Part shown: piece after piece, positions 46,886 through 56,514 of the stretch
How the letters are laid out: each line of letters opens with the position of its first letter
Numbering within the stretch: position 1 is the stretch's first letter
Assembly (NCBI GenBank): GCA_032250835.1
Contig: JAVVEA010000002.1
Coordinates: 176,415 to 240,414, forward strand
Length of the DNA: 64,000 nucleotides
Direction: 5' to 3'
Source of the DNA: a bacterium
GTDB taxonomy: Bacteria; SAR324; XYD2-FULL-50-16
The notes under the pieces: generated by a model
Told to the model about the DNA's origin: nothing
What the model saw: the letters and a program-made list of their open reading frames with translations, nothing else
Database searches by the model: none
Translations under genes and position numbers: made by a program

Positions 46886-47416
46886 TTAATGTTTGCCTTT
46901 CGTCTTGTTGTATTCGGTCACCACCTCTTCGGTGATGTCGGTGACGGGCTGGCGGCTGTAGAGTAGGGTCTGTTGGAGCGTAGATTCGATCACTAGATCA
47001 TAGCCTTGGCGTTCACCGATGGCTTTGATGGTCAGGGAAACCTCTTGAGCGATCCGCTGGAGATGTTGCATCTCTTCTTTGCGGTACTCTTCTTGGGCTT
47101 TTTGAACCGCTTCTTGTAGGCTGCGCTTGAGGCCGTTTAGTTCTTGTAACTTCTGATTCCGGGCCTCTTCTGCAAGCATCATATTGTTTTCTAATGATTC
47201 TTGCTTTTTTCGGATTTCGGCTCCCTGGGCACGGAATTTAGCTTCTTGCGCTTGGGCGGTTTTCTGGAAATATTCGGTGCTTTTCTTGCCTTCTAAGGAA
47301 AGGTTGATAGCCGCTTTCATATTCACCACAGCGACTTTAAAGCTTCCAGCCGCTTCGAGCGCAGGGCTCCAAGAAAAGGTGAGGGCCAAAAGGAGCGCGA
47401 TTTGCAGAATTCTCAT
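46886..47416 (-). CDS. skp: OmpH/Skp periplasmic chaperone
   Basis: Signal peptide MRILQIALLLALTFSWSPALEA, then Lys/Gln/Glu-rich coiled coils. Position upstream of fabZ-lpxA. Confidence 0.75.
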   Translation of the reverse strand: MRILQIALLLALTFSWSPALEAAGSFKVAVVNMKAAINLSLEGKKSTEYFQKTAQAQEAKFRAQGAEIRKKQESLENNMMLAEEARNQKLQELNGLKRSLQEAVQKAQEEYRKEEMQHLQRIAQEVSLTIKAIGERQGYDLVIESTLQQTLLYSRQPVTDITEEVVTEYNKTKGKH

Positions 47417-47498
47417 GCCTTGGGTAATGAATTTAAGGGTTGGAATGCTTTGACGGTGCTTTTGGGGAAGTTTGCCCGCTTTGTCTGGGCCTGTCAAT

Positions 47499-48197
47499 TC
47501 AGGAAAGAATCACCAAAATGTCGTAGAAGGCGTGCGCCATGGCTACCACAGCAAACCCGCGAGCCGCAAAAAGCAGGGCGAACCAGCAACCGCCAAAGAA
47601 GCGGAACAGGAAGCTATATAGCGAAAAGGCATCGCCCAGACTGCCAATATAGTGGACCCAAGCAAAGAGCAGACTAGCTAACAAGACCGCCCCCAGCACC
47701 GCCAGCCAACGGGGCCAAAACCGCCCAAATAGCCAGATCAACCCACCGGTCAAAAGCACCCGAAAGAAAAACTCTTCAAAGAGCCCCGCCCCGATAGCCA
47801 AGCCTAATTGGGTCATCAGCCCAACCTGCGCCATGCCCGCCGCCAGAAAGATTTGGCCCAAGACCCATTGCACCACGATCCCACTGGCCACGCCCCAGAG
47901 CATGGCCTCGGGGATCATCAGCAAAAACAACTTGGGCCGGAACCGATCGATCCCCCGGTAGGTGAGCGGGAGCGCAGCGAGGCTGAAGGTGATCAAGACA
48001 AAGGTCAGGTACTGGGGCGCGACGCCAGCGAAATAAAAGAGGGTCCGCATCCAGGCCTCGGGCGCGTTGCGGATTTGACCACCGGGCCCGAAGGGTTCGA
48101 TGACCAGTAAAATTTCGTAGGCCATAAACATGACCAGGGCTACCAAGGCCCCATAAAAGGGGTGCGACGATTGCCTTAGATAGCCCGCAGGGCTCAT
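47499..48197 (-). CDS. CPBP (CAAX-protease / bacteriocin-processing) family intramembrane metalloprotease
   Basis: EEFFFRVLL (motif 1, EExxxR) and WVHYIGS...H motifs. Multi-pass membrane protein. Confidence 0.75.
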   Translation of the reverse strand: MSPAGYLRQSSHPFYGALVALVMFMAYEILLVIEPFGPGGQIRNAPEAWMRTLFYFAGVAPQYLTFVLITFSLAALPLTYRGIDRFRPKLFLLMIPEAMLWGVASGIVVQWVLGQIFLAAGMAQVGLMTQLGLAIGAGLFEEFFFRVLLTGGLIWLFGRFWPRWLAVLGAVLLASLLFAWVHYIGSLGDAFSLYSFLFRFFGGCWFALLFAARGFAVVAMAHAFYDILVILS

Positions 48198-49459
48198 GCC
48201 GCCTTTTCTGGTTTGATTTTAACGTACCAAAACAAAGCGCTGAGCAACAGCACCAACAATAAAGTGGCGGGGTAAAAGAGCCGCTTCTGGGGAATCAGGT
48301 TCACGTCTACTTCAAATTCCACTTGGCTGGTGCTCGCCGGAAGGATCGTCTTTTTCGAAAAAAACGCTTCTTGGCCGTGGCCCTGCTTGGTTTCGAGCAC
48401 ATTCGAAGCCAGGGCTCCTAAGAAGCTTACATCAAAGCCTTCGCTGGTGCGCACCAGTTCCACTTCTCGGGTGCCCGGCAAGATGCCTGCGGTCATGGGG
48501 CCGCCCAGTTCACTGCGCTTGAGCTCGTAGGAGTAAAAAATTTGGCCTCGACCCGGCTCCATGGCCAGAGAGATAAAGGCCTTGTTGCCTACGGCGGCAG
48601 CCTTGACTCCTTCGTCGGAGCGCATCAGGGCAAAGTTTTCGGCTCCCTGGGGAAGCTCCTTAGAGAAGGGTTTTTCGCTTAAGTCCAAGGTGCCTGCAAA
48701 TTGGTTTTCCACCAAGATGATCTCCGAGACCCGCACCATTTCTTCTAAAAGCTCAAAGAAGAACAGGTTTTTGACCACCTGCAATTGGGCCGGGTCATGG
48801 CTGACCGGTAAGAAGGCTAGGTCCATCTGCACCTTATAAACGCCGGGCCGCAGGGGTTTGGGCTGGCTCGAAGCGCTCCGCGCGCCCAGTCCGGCGACCA
48901 CGAAATAAAGGGAGTGTTTGTGGGCTTGGGGCAAGAGGAGTGAAAAGCTCCCGTCGGCCTTTGCATCGGCTTGGGCGACTACCCTCCCGTCGGGTTGGCT
49001 GATGGTCATCTCCACCAAGCTCAACTTAGCCCCAGCGACCGAAAAGCCCGCTTCGGCGTTCAAGCGGCCTTCAAAGCGGAATTTGCCTTCTAAGAGGTCC
49101 TCGGTTGCAGCCGCGTTCACCGGGCTGGCGGCGACGGTGACGTTGACTTCGGCGGTCTGCCCATCAAAGCTAAAGGGCTGTGACGCAGCGCGGGTTTGGC
49201 CGAGGCGGGTGCCCACCACATACTGCGAGCTGCTGTCTACTGCTTCGAGGGTCAATTCGTAGCTGCCGTCCGGCTGGGTCTGCGCCATTGCCAAGGGGCC
49301 GGCCGGGGCTTTATTGGGATTTTGCTCGATCAGTACCACGTTGACCCCAGCCGCCGGAGCGCCCGCGTCGGTGGTGATTTTTCCGTGGACAATATGGGCC
49401 GCTTGGGCGCTGGCCCCAATCAAAAAAAAGAGGGCAAGGGTCAAGGAAAGCAAACGCAT
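48194..49459 (-). CDS. Secreted protein with two carboxypeptidase-regulatory-like (CarbopepD_reg) domains and a C-terminal transmembrane anchor
   Basis: Signal peptide. HGKITTDAGAPAAGVNVVLIE...TQPDGSYEL, plus a second similar module. C-terminal LFYPATLLLVLLLSALFWYV helix. ATGA-coupled to the CPBP gene. Confidence 0.6.
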   Translation of the reverse strand: MRLLSLTLALFFLIGASAQAAHIVHGKITTDAGAPAAGVNVVLIEQNPNKAPAGPLAMAQTQPDGSYELTLEAVDSSSQYVVGTRLGQTRAASQPFSFDGQTAEVNVTVAASPVNAAATEDLLEGKFRFEGRLNAEAGFSVAGAKLSLVEMTISQPDGRVVAQADAKADGSFSLLLPQAHKHSLYFVVAGLGARSASSQPKPLRPGVYKVQMDLAFLPVSHDPAQLQVVKNLFFFELLEEMVRVSEIILVENQFAGTLDLSEKPFSKELPQGAENFALMRSDEGVKAAAVGNKAFISLAMEPGRGQIFYSYELKRSELGGPMTAGILPGTREVELVRTSEGFDVSFLGALASNVLETKQGHGQEAFFSKKTILPASTSQVEFEVDVNLIPQKRLFYPATLLLVLLLSALFWYVKIKPEKAA

Positions 49460-49678
49460 GGAAAACCTGAATAGGAGGTTGGTTCTGCTCAGCGGTTAAC
49501 TGGAACATCGGTTGCATAAACACCGAGGTCAACCGGCACCCCCCAGCGGGGTTGAGGCCCAGTGTGCGGCGGCGAGGCGGCAATTTTACCGATTCCTCAC
49601 CGGTTGCTGTGCGCGGGCCGAAAAAATTCCGGTAAAACTTGCAGTACAGCCCTGTCAGGGTTGGCCATTTTTTAGGCT

Positions 49679-49707
49679 TTGTCAACTGGCCCCAAAGGGC
49701 CTAGAAT
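49679..49707 (+). promoter_or_regulatory. Sigma70-like promoter (TTGTCA, 17 nt spacer, TAGAAT) for the 49723 gene
   Basis: Near-consensus hexamers with 17 nt spacing. ATG lies 15 nt downstream. Confidence 0.4.
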
Positions 49708-49722
49708 GATAACTACAGGACC

Positions 49723-50385
49723 ATGACCGGCAATCCCTTTGATATGCTCGACCAAGTTGTTATCACCTATTCGCTGAAGTATCTTCCCTGCTCCAAGGAA
49801 GACTGCTTGACCTGCCTGACGGCTAAGGGTCACGGTCCCTATTGGTACGCCCATTTTACCTTGGGCGGCGAGGCGAAGGATATTTTCCTGGGCCGCAGCT
49901 TTAAGCCCATGGATTTAACCAAAATCCTGATGAGCGATTTGCTCAACGGCAAGCGCATGACCCAGGTGGACCAGGAAGAACAGGCCCGCGCCTATGAAGA
50001 GGGACAGGCCCATTGCCATCTAGATGAAGGGATTGAAGATATCAGCGGCAATACCGCCACGGCCACTGAAGTGCAGATGGAGGCTGAAGAGCAGGTCCAA
50101 GCCGCTCCGGCTCAGCCCGAAGGGCCCCGTATCGACCGGGTCGGCCCGGTGCCGCGTAGGCCTTTGACCAAAAAACGCGCCGCCCCCGTCACCCAACCGC
50201 CTAGCTTGGCCGACTTCGAGCAGGATTTAAGGATGCTCGAAGGGGCCGCCAAGAGCGAGAACTTCAAGCTCGTCTACCGTAAGCTGATCAAAAAATACCA
50301 TCCCGACCAATATGCCAGCGACTCTCGGCTCAACCAATGGATGAGCCAAATCAACGGCACCTACAACCGCCTCCGCAGCCGCTAG
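49723..50385 (+). CDS. J-domain protein: C-terminal DnaJ domain and an N-terminal Cys-containing domain of unknown function
   Basis: C-terminal KLIKKYHPDQ (HPD motif). N-terminal CSKEDCLTCLTAKGHGPYWYAHF. Confidence 0.75.
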   Translation: MTGNPFDMLDQVVITYSLKYLPCSKEDCLTCLTAKGHGPYWYAHFTLGGEAKDIFLGRSFKPMDLTKILMSDLLNGKRMTQVDQEEQARAYEEGQAHCHLDEGIEDISGNTATATEVQMEAEEQVQAAPAQPEGPRIDRVGPVPRRPLTKKRAAPVTQPPSLADFEQDLRMLEGAAKSENFKLVYRKLIKKYHPDQYASDSRLNQWMSQINGTYNRLRSR

Positions 50386-50403
50386 TTAAGCAGCAAGCAG
50401 CCG

Positions 50404-52362
50404 CTAGGTCTCGTCTGGGGCTAGCACCACCAGTTGGTCTCCTTCGGTGATCCAAAAGGACTGGCTTTTTTCAGGGATCAAAAACAATCCCAAGTTTTGT
50501 TCGGGGTCTTCGGCCAAGCGCTTTAAGACCAAACCAAAACAGATTTCTCCCCGCTCCTGGGCCGCTTGGATCAAGTCGGCAAAATAAACTTCTTGGTCCA
50601 ACTCAGCTAAGTAGAGCTTGGCAGGCTTGAGGTAGATTTCGCTGCCTTCGGATTTAAAGAGGTCCTGATACACCTCAAGCATGTCCGGCTCTTCGGCAAT
50701 TTGCGCCAACATCTTCGAAAGCACCCGGTTGCTGACCATCAGGTTGCGTAAGCCTGCGCTTTGCATCAGCGTGGCCGACTGGCTGCGCTGCACCTCGGCG
50801 AGCAGTTGGGTCTTGGCGGGCTTGCCGGTGGCCTCTTCCCGCTCTAAGAAGTAGCTGCGGAATTTGAGCAACAGGCCAAAGGTCTGGCTGTCTACCTGTT
50901 CGGGCGTGCCTTCTTCGGAGCTTAACAAGACCACCGCTTTGTAGCGCTCGGGCTTGAGCTTTTCGGGGAAGTCCGGCGCGTTGACGTTCACTTGACCCAG
51001 GCCCAACTGGATATTTTTGTACTGCTCAAAGGCTTCCTTGAAGCGCCGTTCCACCTTCTCGTTGACTTCCGGCAAGATCAAATTCACCACCGATCCGGCG
51101 GGCAAATAATCGTTGTATTCCTTTAGCATCAAGGGGGTTTTTCGGTTCCAACCGAAAACCAAATAATGTTCTGCCTTACGTTGAGCCCGAACGCCCGCAA
51201 GGGCCAAGCCGCGTGGCGCAATCACCGGGCGGTCGAACCAACGGATTTGGTGGGGGTCTTCGGCGAGCAGAACCAGCTGATCGCCCGGTTCGGTCACATA
51301 GGCTTGGTGGGGGTTCAACTCAACGGTACCGTCAGCGTAGCGCAACCCTAAGGGCACGGGCTCGGCAAAATAAAAGGCCAGCTCGCCAAAGCGCTTACCC
51401 ACCAAATTTTTGGGTAGCCCAAAAAAATAGGTTTCGCTCCCCTCGAATCCCGCCAAATCAGCGTAGACCCGGCTCAATCCGGGCAGGCGAGAGGTCTGGG
51501 TCAAAATTTTGGCTAAGACCTCATCTTCATTAAAGGCCGTCAGACGCCCTTTGGCGAGATTTTGGGCCAATTGCAGGTTGCGCTTGTAGTGCATCGTGAC
51601 GGCCATTGGCGGCGGGCTGCCACCGCTGGCGCTGACCACAGACATGACCGCCATTTGCATCTTTGAATCCCCGGCATGCTTAACGCTCGGCTCGTCCCAG
51701 GGACGAGCCGGGTTGATCAAGACCACCGACCGGGCGGCTTGGACTTTAAGTTCTTTGAGGGCAATGGAACTGGTGGGATTGCCTTGGCGGCAGATAAGGC
51801 GGCTGTTGGCAAAGTCGGCAATGCCTTCTCTTAATTGCCGCTCGATCTGGGCGGCCTCTTCTTCGGCGAAGACCACCACCACCGGATTTTTGCGGTACCG
51901 GTTGGCCTCGACTAGTTCGGCGACGACGTCGATGCACTGCTCGCCCATACCTAAAATCACGCTGTGATCCTGGGCGAACAGGGGGCCCTGAGCCTGACGG
52001 CTGGTCCATATCCGCACCGCTAGATGAGCGCTTAAGAGACTCCACATAAAAAATAGTAACCCGCCGCCGATCAGCGTGCTCAGGACTCCAACCAACCGGT
52101 TGGCGGGCCCAGAAAGCTCTTCTTTGCCCAATCCGGCGAAGTTTCCGGTTTCGATCACCGCCCGCCAAAGGGCTTCATCCCAGGTCCCGGCGTTTGGGTC
52201 TTGCAGGTCCGGTATCCATTGGTTGACGCCGAGGCGGAGTAAAAAGCCGAAGCCGATGGAGCCGACTAGCGCATACAAAAACATGCGGGCCAAGGACCAG
52301 CCGCCTTTAAAGAGGCGCTGTTCGATCCGGATCGAGAGGGGCGGTTTTTTCATGGGCGTCAT
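50404..52362 (-). CDS. 2-TM ion-channel-like protein with tandem RCK/TrkA-N-like domains (CASTOR/POLLUX/DMI1-like architecture)
   Basis: Two N-terminal transmembrane helices flanking a short re-entrant segment (VIETGNFAGLG). Then HSVILGMGEQC and HYLVFGWNRKT Rossmann-like starts. No canonical TVGYG filter. Confidence 0.55.
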   Translation of the reverse strand: MTPMKKPPLSIRIEQRLFKGGWSLARMFLYALVGSIGFGFLLRLGVNQWIPDLQDPNAGTWDEALWRAVIETGNFAGLGKEELSGPANRLVGVLSTLIGGGLLFFMWSLLSAHLAVRIWTSRQAQGPLFAQDHSVILGMGEQCIDVVAELVEANRYRKNPVVVVFAEEEAAQIERQLREGIADFANSRLICRQGNPTSSIALKELKVQAARSVVLINPARPWDEPSVKHAGDSKMQMAVMSVVSASGGSPPPMAVTMHYKRNLQLAQNLAKGRLTAFNEDEVLAKILTQTSRLPGLSRVYADLAGFEGSETYFFGLPKNLVGKRFGELAFYFAEPVPLGLRYADGTVELNPHQAYVTEPGDQLVLLAEDPHQIRWFDRPVIAPRGLALAGVRAQRKAEHYLVFGWNRKTPLMLKEYNDYLPAGSVVNLILPEVNEKVERRFKEAFEQYKNIQLGLGQVNVNAPDFPEKLKPERYKAVVLLSSEEGTPEQVDSQTFGLLLKFRSYFLEREEATGKPAKTQLLAEVQRSQSATLMQSAGLRNLMVSNRVLSKMLAQIAEEPDMLEVYQDLFKSEGSEIYLKPAKLYLAELDQEVYFADLIQAAQERGEICFGLVLKRLAEDPEQNLGLFLIPEKSQSFWITEGDQLVVLAPDET

Positions 52363-52518
52363 CGTTAGCCTAGCCGGTGGGTTGGACGGGGTTGTTCCCC
52401 TTCCTTTCTATTGAAATTTCTTGGCTCCCGTCAAGAAAGAATCCCCCTGCCCGTTGACGGAGCAGAGGTTACAGGGTTAGCTACGGGTTAGCCACCAATT
52501 ATAGGAGATCGGCCCTCG

Positions 52519-54465
52519 ATGATCAACGTTTCAGAACTTTCGATGAACTTCGGCAAGCAAGTCCTCTTTGAGGACGCTAGCTTCCAACTCAATCCCGGTG
52601 GCCGTTACGGCTTAGTCGGGGCCAACGGCTCGGGCAAGTCCACCTTGCTTAAAATCATGTCTGGTCAGGTTAAGGCCGAGGCGGGCGAAGTCAATATGCC
52701 CAGCGACATGAAGTTAGGGCTCTTGCGCCAGGACCATTTTGAATATGAGGAGCACCGCATCCTTGACGTGGTGATGATGGGCCGCCCGGCACTTTGGAAT
52801 GCACTGAAGGAAAAAGAAGCCTTGGCCGCTGCGGGCGGGGACGTCTCGTCCGAGGTGGGCCACCGGTTGGGCGAATTGGAGATGGTCATTGCCGATCAAG
52901 ACGGCTATCAGGCCGAACCAGACGCTTCGGAACTTTTGGCTGGCTTGGGGGTAGGCGACGTAGAGCGCCCGCTAAAGGCCCTTTCGGGTGGTTATAAGTT
53001 GCGGGTCCTATTGGCCCAGTGCCTCTTCGGGCGACCAGATTTCCTGTTCCTGGATGAGCCGACCAACCACTTGGACTTGGCCAGTATCGCTTGGTTAGAG
53101 TCTTACCTAGAAGCCTTTGAGGGCGCTTTTGTGATCATCAGCCACGACCGGCACTTCCTCAACCAAGTCTGCAACCAGATGATCGACATCGATTATGAGG
53201 AAATCCGGGTCTATAAGGGCAACTACGACGGCTTCATCCGCCAAAAAGCCCTAGAGCGCGAGCAGAAAGAAAGCGAAATCCAGCGCCAAGAAAAGAAAAA
53301 AGAAGATTTGCAGGCCTTTGTGGACCGCTTTAAGGCCAAAGCCTCTAAGGCGAGACAGGCCTCGAGTAAGTCCAAACAGATTGAGAAGATGGATGACATC
53401 GTCATCAAGCGCAGCTCGCGCATCAAGCCCAAGTTCCGCTTTGAACAAACCCGCCCCAGCGGGAAAGAAGCCTTGAACATCAAAGGGCTATCTAAATCTT
53501 TTGGCGAAAAGAAGGTGATCAACGGATTGGACCTGAAGGTCCTGCGCGGCCAACGGCTAGCGATTATCGGGCCCAACGGCATCGGTAAGTCCACGCTACT
53601 CAAGATCATCTTGGGCCAACTGACTGCCGACGCAGGCGAGGTGGAACCGGGTCATGAGGTGCAGATTGGCTACTTCCCCCAGGACCACCACGAACAGGTT
53701 CCGCCGAATAGCACGCCCTATGAATGGCTCTATAGCTTTGAGTCCGGTGCCCCCATTGGCAAGATCCGGGGTCTTTTGGCGCGGGTTTTGTTGGGTGATG
53801 ACGACGTACATAAATCGACGGGCAACATCTCGGGCGGCGAGGCGGCTCGTTTGATCTTAGCCCGGATCATGTTAGAGCAGCCCAACCTTTTGCTGATCGA
53901 TGAGCCCACCAACCACATGGACATCGAGTCTATCGAAGCCCTTTCCGAGGCGCTCTGCGCCTTTGATGGCACCCTAATCTGCGTGAGCCACGACCGCCGT
54001 TTCATTGAGTCGGTGGCCACCTCGATCTTGGAATTGACCCCCGCAGGCTTCACCTACTTTGAAGGGAGCTACCACGAATATTTGGCCAAAGAAGGGGCCG
54101 ACTATCTAGACCGCAGCGCTCAGCCTTCGAGCCGCCCGGCGGTAACCACGCCGAAGGTCGAAAAGCCCGCCGGTAAGAGCAGCCAAGACAGCTACAACGC
54201 CAAAAAGGACGCCAACCGCTTAAAAAAGGCGGTACGCAATAAGGAAAAGAAGGTGGGGCAGCTTGAAAGCAAGGTCAAGGCGATCGATGCCGAACTGGCC
54301 GAAGGCACGTTATTTAAGCCCGTATTCAAGAAGGAGTTGGCCGAGAAGCTGGCCGAAAAGGCGGACCTGGAATCACAGGTCACCGCCGCCGAGGCCGAAT
54401 GGAGCGAGGCCCAAGACAAATTGGACCAATTGCTGGCGGAGTTCCCTGAAGTAGCGCCGGACTAG
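52519..54465 (+). CDS. ABC-F family ATPase (Uup/YbiT-like; two ABC domains, no transmembrane domain)
   Basis: Two Walker A motifs (GANGSGKST, GPNGIGKST), two signature/Walker B sets, C-terminal coiled coil. Confidence 0.9.
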   Translation: MINVSELSMNFGKQVLFEDASFQLNPGGRYGLVGANGSGKSTLLKIMSGQVKAEAGEVNMPSDMKLGLLRQDHFEYEEHRILDVVMMGRPALWNALKEKEALAAAGGDVSSEVGHRLGELEMVIADQDGYQAEPDASELLAGLGVGDVERPLKALSGGYKLRVLLAQCLFGRPDFLFLDEPTNHLDLASIAWLESYLEAFEGAFVIISHDRHFLNQVCNQMIDIDYEEIRVYKGNYDGFIRQKALEREQKESEIQRQEKKKEDLQAFVDRFKAKASKARQASSKSKQIEKMDDIVIKRSSRIKPKFRFEQTRPSGKEALNIKGLSKSFGEKKVINGLDLKVLRGQRLAIIGPNGIGKSTLLKIILGQLTADAGEVEPGHEVQIGYFPQDHHEQVPPNSTPYEWLYSFESGAPIGKIRGLLARVLLGDDDVHKSTGNISGGEAARLILARIMLEQPNLLLIDEPTNHMDIESIEALSEALCAFDGTLICVSHDRRFIESVATSILELTPAGFTYFEGSYHEYLAKEGADYLDRSAQPSSRPAVTTPKVEKPAGKSSQDSYNAKKDANRLKKAVRNKEKKVGQLESKVKAIDAELAEGTLFKPVFKKELAEKLAEKADLESQVTAAEAEWSEAQDKLDQLLAEFPEVAPD

Positions 54466-55028
54466 AACTTAAAGTTCAGGCCCACCCCGCTGCGGGTTTG
54501 GCGGTTTTCGGCAAAAAATACGGGGTTGAAGCTGGGGCCCCGTGCTGGGGGGGGCGCTTGGGCTCGGCTGTTGCGGATCAAGGGTTGGTAGACCGACTTG
54601 GTGCCGACCGCCATCGCGATCAAGATACCGCTCACTAGACCCACACCCAAATAGCGGGTGTTGTCGCGGGCGTCACCGCCTTGTAACAACGCGATCCAAC
54701 CGCCTAAGGCTAGGCCGGTGCCGATACCATAAATCATGTTTTCAGGTAGCAGCCGACTGTCTTTTTCCAGCGCGGCGGCAATATTGACCTGCGGCCCACG
54801 GCCCATACGAGCCGCTTCTTCATAGGCTTTGAGCTTTTCGTCGCCGATGTACTCGCCGCTGCTTTCACCTAAAGGATCATCCAGGTCGTCGGATTCAATG
54901 AAGGCGTCTTGTTGCCACAGGCCGGAGCCTTCGTCTTCAAGGTAGATCGGCTGTTGGGCATGGGCGTCCAGGACGTAGAAAGATACGAACAGGATCAACA
55001 GCACAAAAAATTTAAATCGGTCGCTCAT
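54462..55028 (-). CDS. Small secreted / outer-membrane protein (C-terminal GLNFKF)
   Basis: True start MSDRFKFFVLLILFVSFYVLDAHA (signal peptide) at 55028. The ORF-track extension to 55385 is an artefact. C-terminal aromatic residue. Confidence 0.5.
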   Translation of the reverse strand: MSDRFKFFVLLILFVSFYVLDAHAQQPIYLEDEGSGLWQQDAFIESDDLDDPLGESSGEYIGDEKLKAYEEAARMGRGPQVNIAAALEKDSRLLPENMIYGIGTGLALGGWIALLQGGDARDNTRYLGVGLVSGILIAMAVGTKSVYQPLIRNSRAQAPPPARGPSFNPVFFAENRQTRSGVGLNFKF

Positions 55029-55191
55029 GGCGGAGGCGATTTGGGGATGAAAAAAGTTTCCCTTTTGGGTATGATCTCTCCTGAGAGCGGTGCCGTACGC
55101 GTCGCTCAGAGGTTCTTCGGAAGATAAATGCAAGGCCTGTGCAAGCGGGACCAGATTGGGCGCGAAAACCCCAAAAAAAGGAGTCTTACTC

Positions 55192-55620
55192 TTGAAGCAT
55201 AAGAAATATTTTGCCCAGCCGGGCGTTAGCTTCATCGAAATTTTGATCGTGATCGTCATCATGGCGGGCATTGCCGCCTTGGTCGGTCCGGCGCTGTTCA
55301 GCAAGCTAGACGAGTCCAAGATAGACACCGCCAAGATCCAAATGAAGAGCTTGGCCAGCACCTTGGAGTTGTACCGCCTAGACAACCACCGCTACCCTAG
55401 CACCGAACAGGGCCTAGACGCCTTGGTCCACCAGCCTACCTTGGGCCAAGTGCCGGCCGGGTGGCGCGGACCTTACCTGAGCTCAAAACAAGTGCCCAAG
55501 GACCCTTGGGGCAATGATTATGCCTACCGCTCTGAGGGATCGACCTTTGAACTAGAGAGCCTTGGCGCCGATGGGGCCCGCGGTGGCGATGGGTTGGACG
55601 CAGACATCTCCTTTGAATAG
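55192..55620 (+). CDS. gspG: Type II secretion major pseudopilin GspG
   Basis: TTG start 9 nt after AAGGAG. Prepilin signal KKYFAQPG|VSFIEILIVIVIMAGIAAL with Glu at +5. Conserved DPWGNDYAY near the C-terminus. Confidence 0.85.
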   Translation: MKHKKYFAQPGVSFIEILIVIVIMAGIAALVGPALFSKLDESKIDTAKIQMKSLASTLELYRLDNHRYPSTEQGLDALVHQPTLGQVPAGWRGPYLSSKQVPKDPWGNDYAYRSEGSTFELESLGADGARGGDGLDADISFE

Positions 55621-56155
55621 ACCGGCCAAGCAACCGGGCGTCAGCCTCTTAGAGGTGAGTCTGGTCTTGGTGTTGATTGTCTTGGTCACGGGCGTGGCGC
55701 TGCCGCGCTTCGCCCTGCTCTTTGATTCCCCTTTAGATACCGACGCCAAGCGGGTTCAATACCTCCTTTCCCGGCTCCAAAAAGAAGCCCTGCTTAAGGG
55801 GCGCGGCTTTAAGCTGCGCTTCGACGCCGCCCAAAACCGGGTGGAGGTATTCGAGCAAGACGGGGCGGACCCGGAGCTTTACCACCCCTTAAAAGAAAAG
55901 GGCCTTTCAGGCTTTACGCTGGACCCTAGCGTATCCATGAAGCCCGTAAAAAAACGGCAGGACCAACAATTCCAAATGGGCTTTCAGGCCCTTGATTTTG
56001 ACCCCATTTTTGGACTCGCTTCAGAGGTGTTCATCGACCCGGCGGGTTTGGTGGACCTCTTCAGCTTGGAGTTGGTTACCGATCAGGCCAAGGTGACCTT
56101 AAGCGTCGAGAACGTGATGGGCCAAATGACCCGAGTGCGGAGCGAGCGCCTATGA
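55613..56155 (+). CDS. Minor pseudopilin (GspH-like)
   Basis: TTG start overlapping the gspG stop. Prepilin-like KQPG|VSLLEVSLVLVLIVLV. Confidence 0.5.
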   Translation: MNRPAKQPGVSLLEVSLVLVLIVLVTGVALPRFALLFDSPLDTDAKRVQYLLSRLQKEALLKGRGFKLRFDAAQNRVEVFEQDGADPELYHPLKEKGLSGFTLDPSVSMKPVKKRQDQQFQMGFQALDFDPIFGLASEVFIDPAGLVDLFSLELVTDQAKVTLSVENVMGQMTRVRSERL

Positions 56156-56514
56156 AGCCTGGGTTCACCCTGCTTGAAGTGCTGGTCAGCTTCGCCATCC
56201 TTTCGGGGTTGTTGGCGTTGCTGTTGCAATCCCAGGGGGAGGCAATCTTTTTTATGCAGCGCACGGCCCAGCTAGAACAGGTCCAGCAGGAAGCCCAGGT
56301 CCGTTTGTTGGAGGTCGAACGTCTAGGTAAGCTGCCGGAGCCCGCCGAAGGAACCTTCCCCGAAGGCCATTATTTGGCCGGGGGGCGTTGGGCTTTGGAG
56401 CTGGGCACCGAAGAGTTTATGGGCTTCGAGCTGAGCCGCATCCGGATCTTGATCGAATACCCCGACCGCGGCAAAACCGCCTTATACCAGACCCAAATCT
56501 GGGGGGACCTGTGA
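56152..56514 (+). CDS. gspI: Minor pseudopilin GspI
   Basis: MKPGFTLLEVLVSFAILSG. 120 aa. ATGA overlap with the upstream gene. Confidence 0.7.
   Translation: MKPGFTLLEVLVSFAILSGLLALLLQSQGEAIFFMQRTAQLEQVQQEAQVRLLEVERLGKLPEPAEGTFPEGHYLAGGRWALELGTEEFMGFELSRIRILIEYPDRGKTALYQTQIWGDL

Noticed and set aside
50404-52362. Calling the 652-aa membrane protein a K+ channel
   Set aside because: There is no TVGYG-type selectivity filter. Only the 2-TM plus tandem-RCK architecture is supported, so ion specificity is left open.
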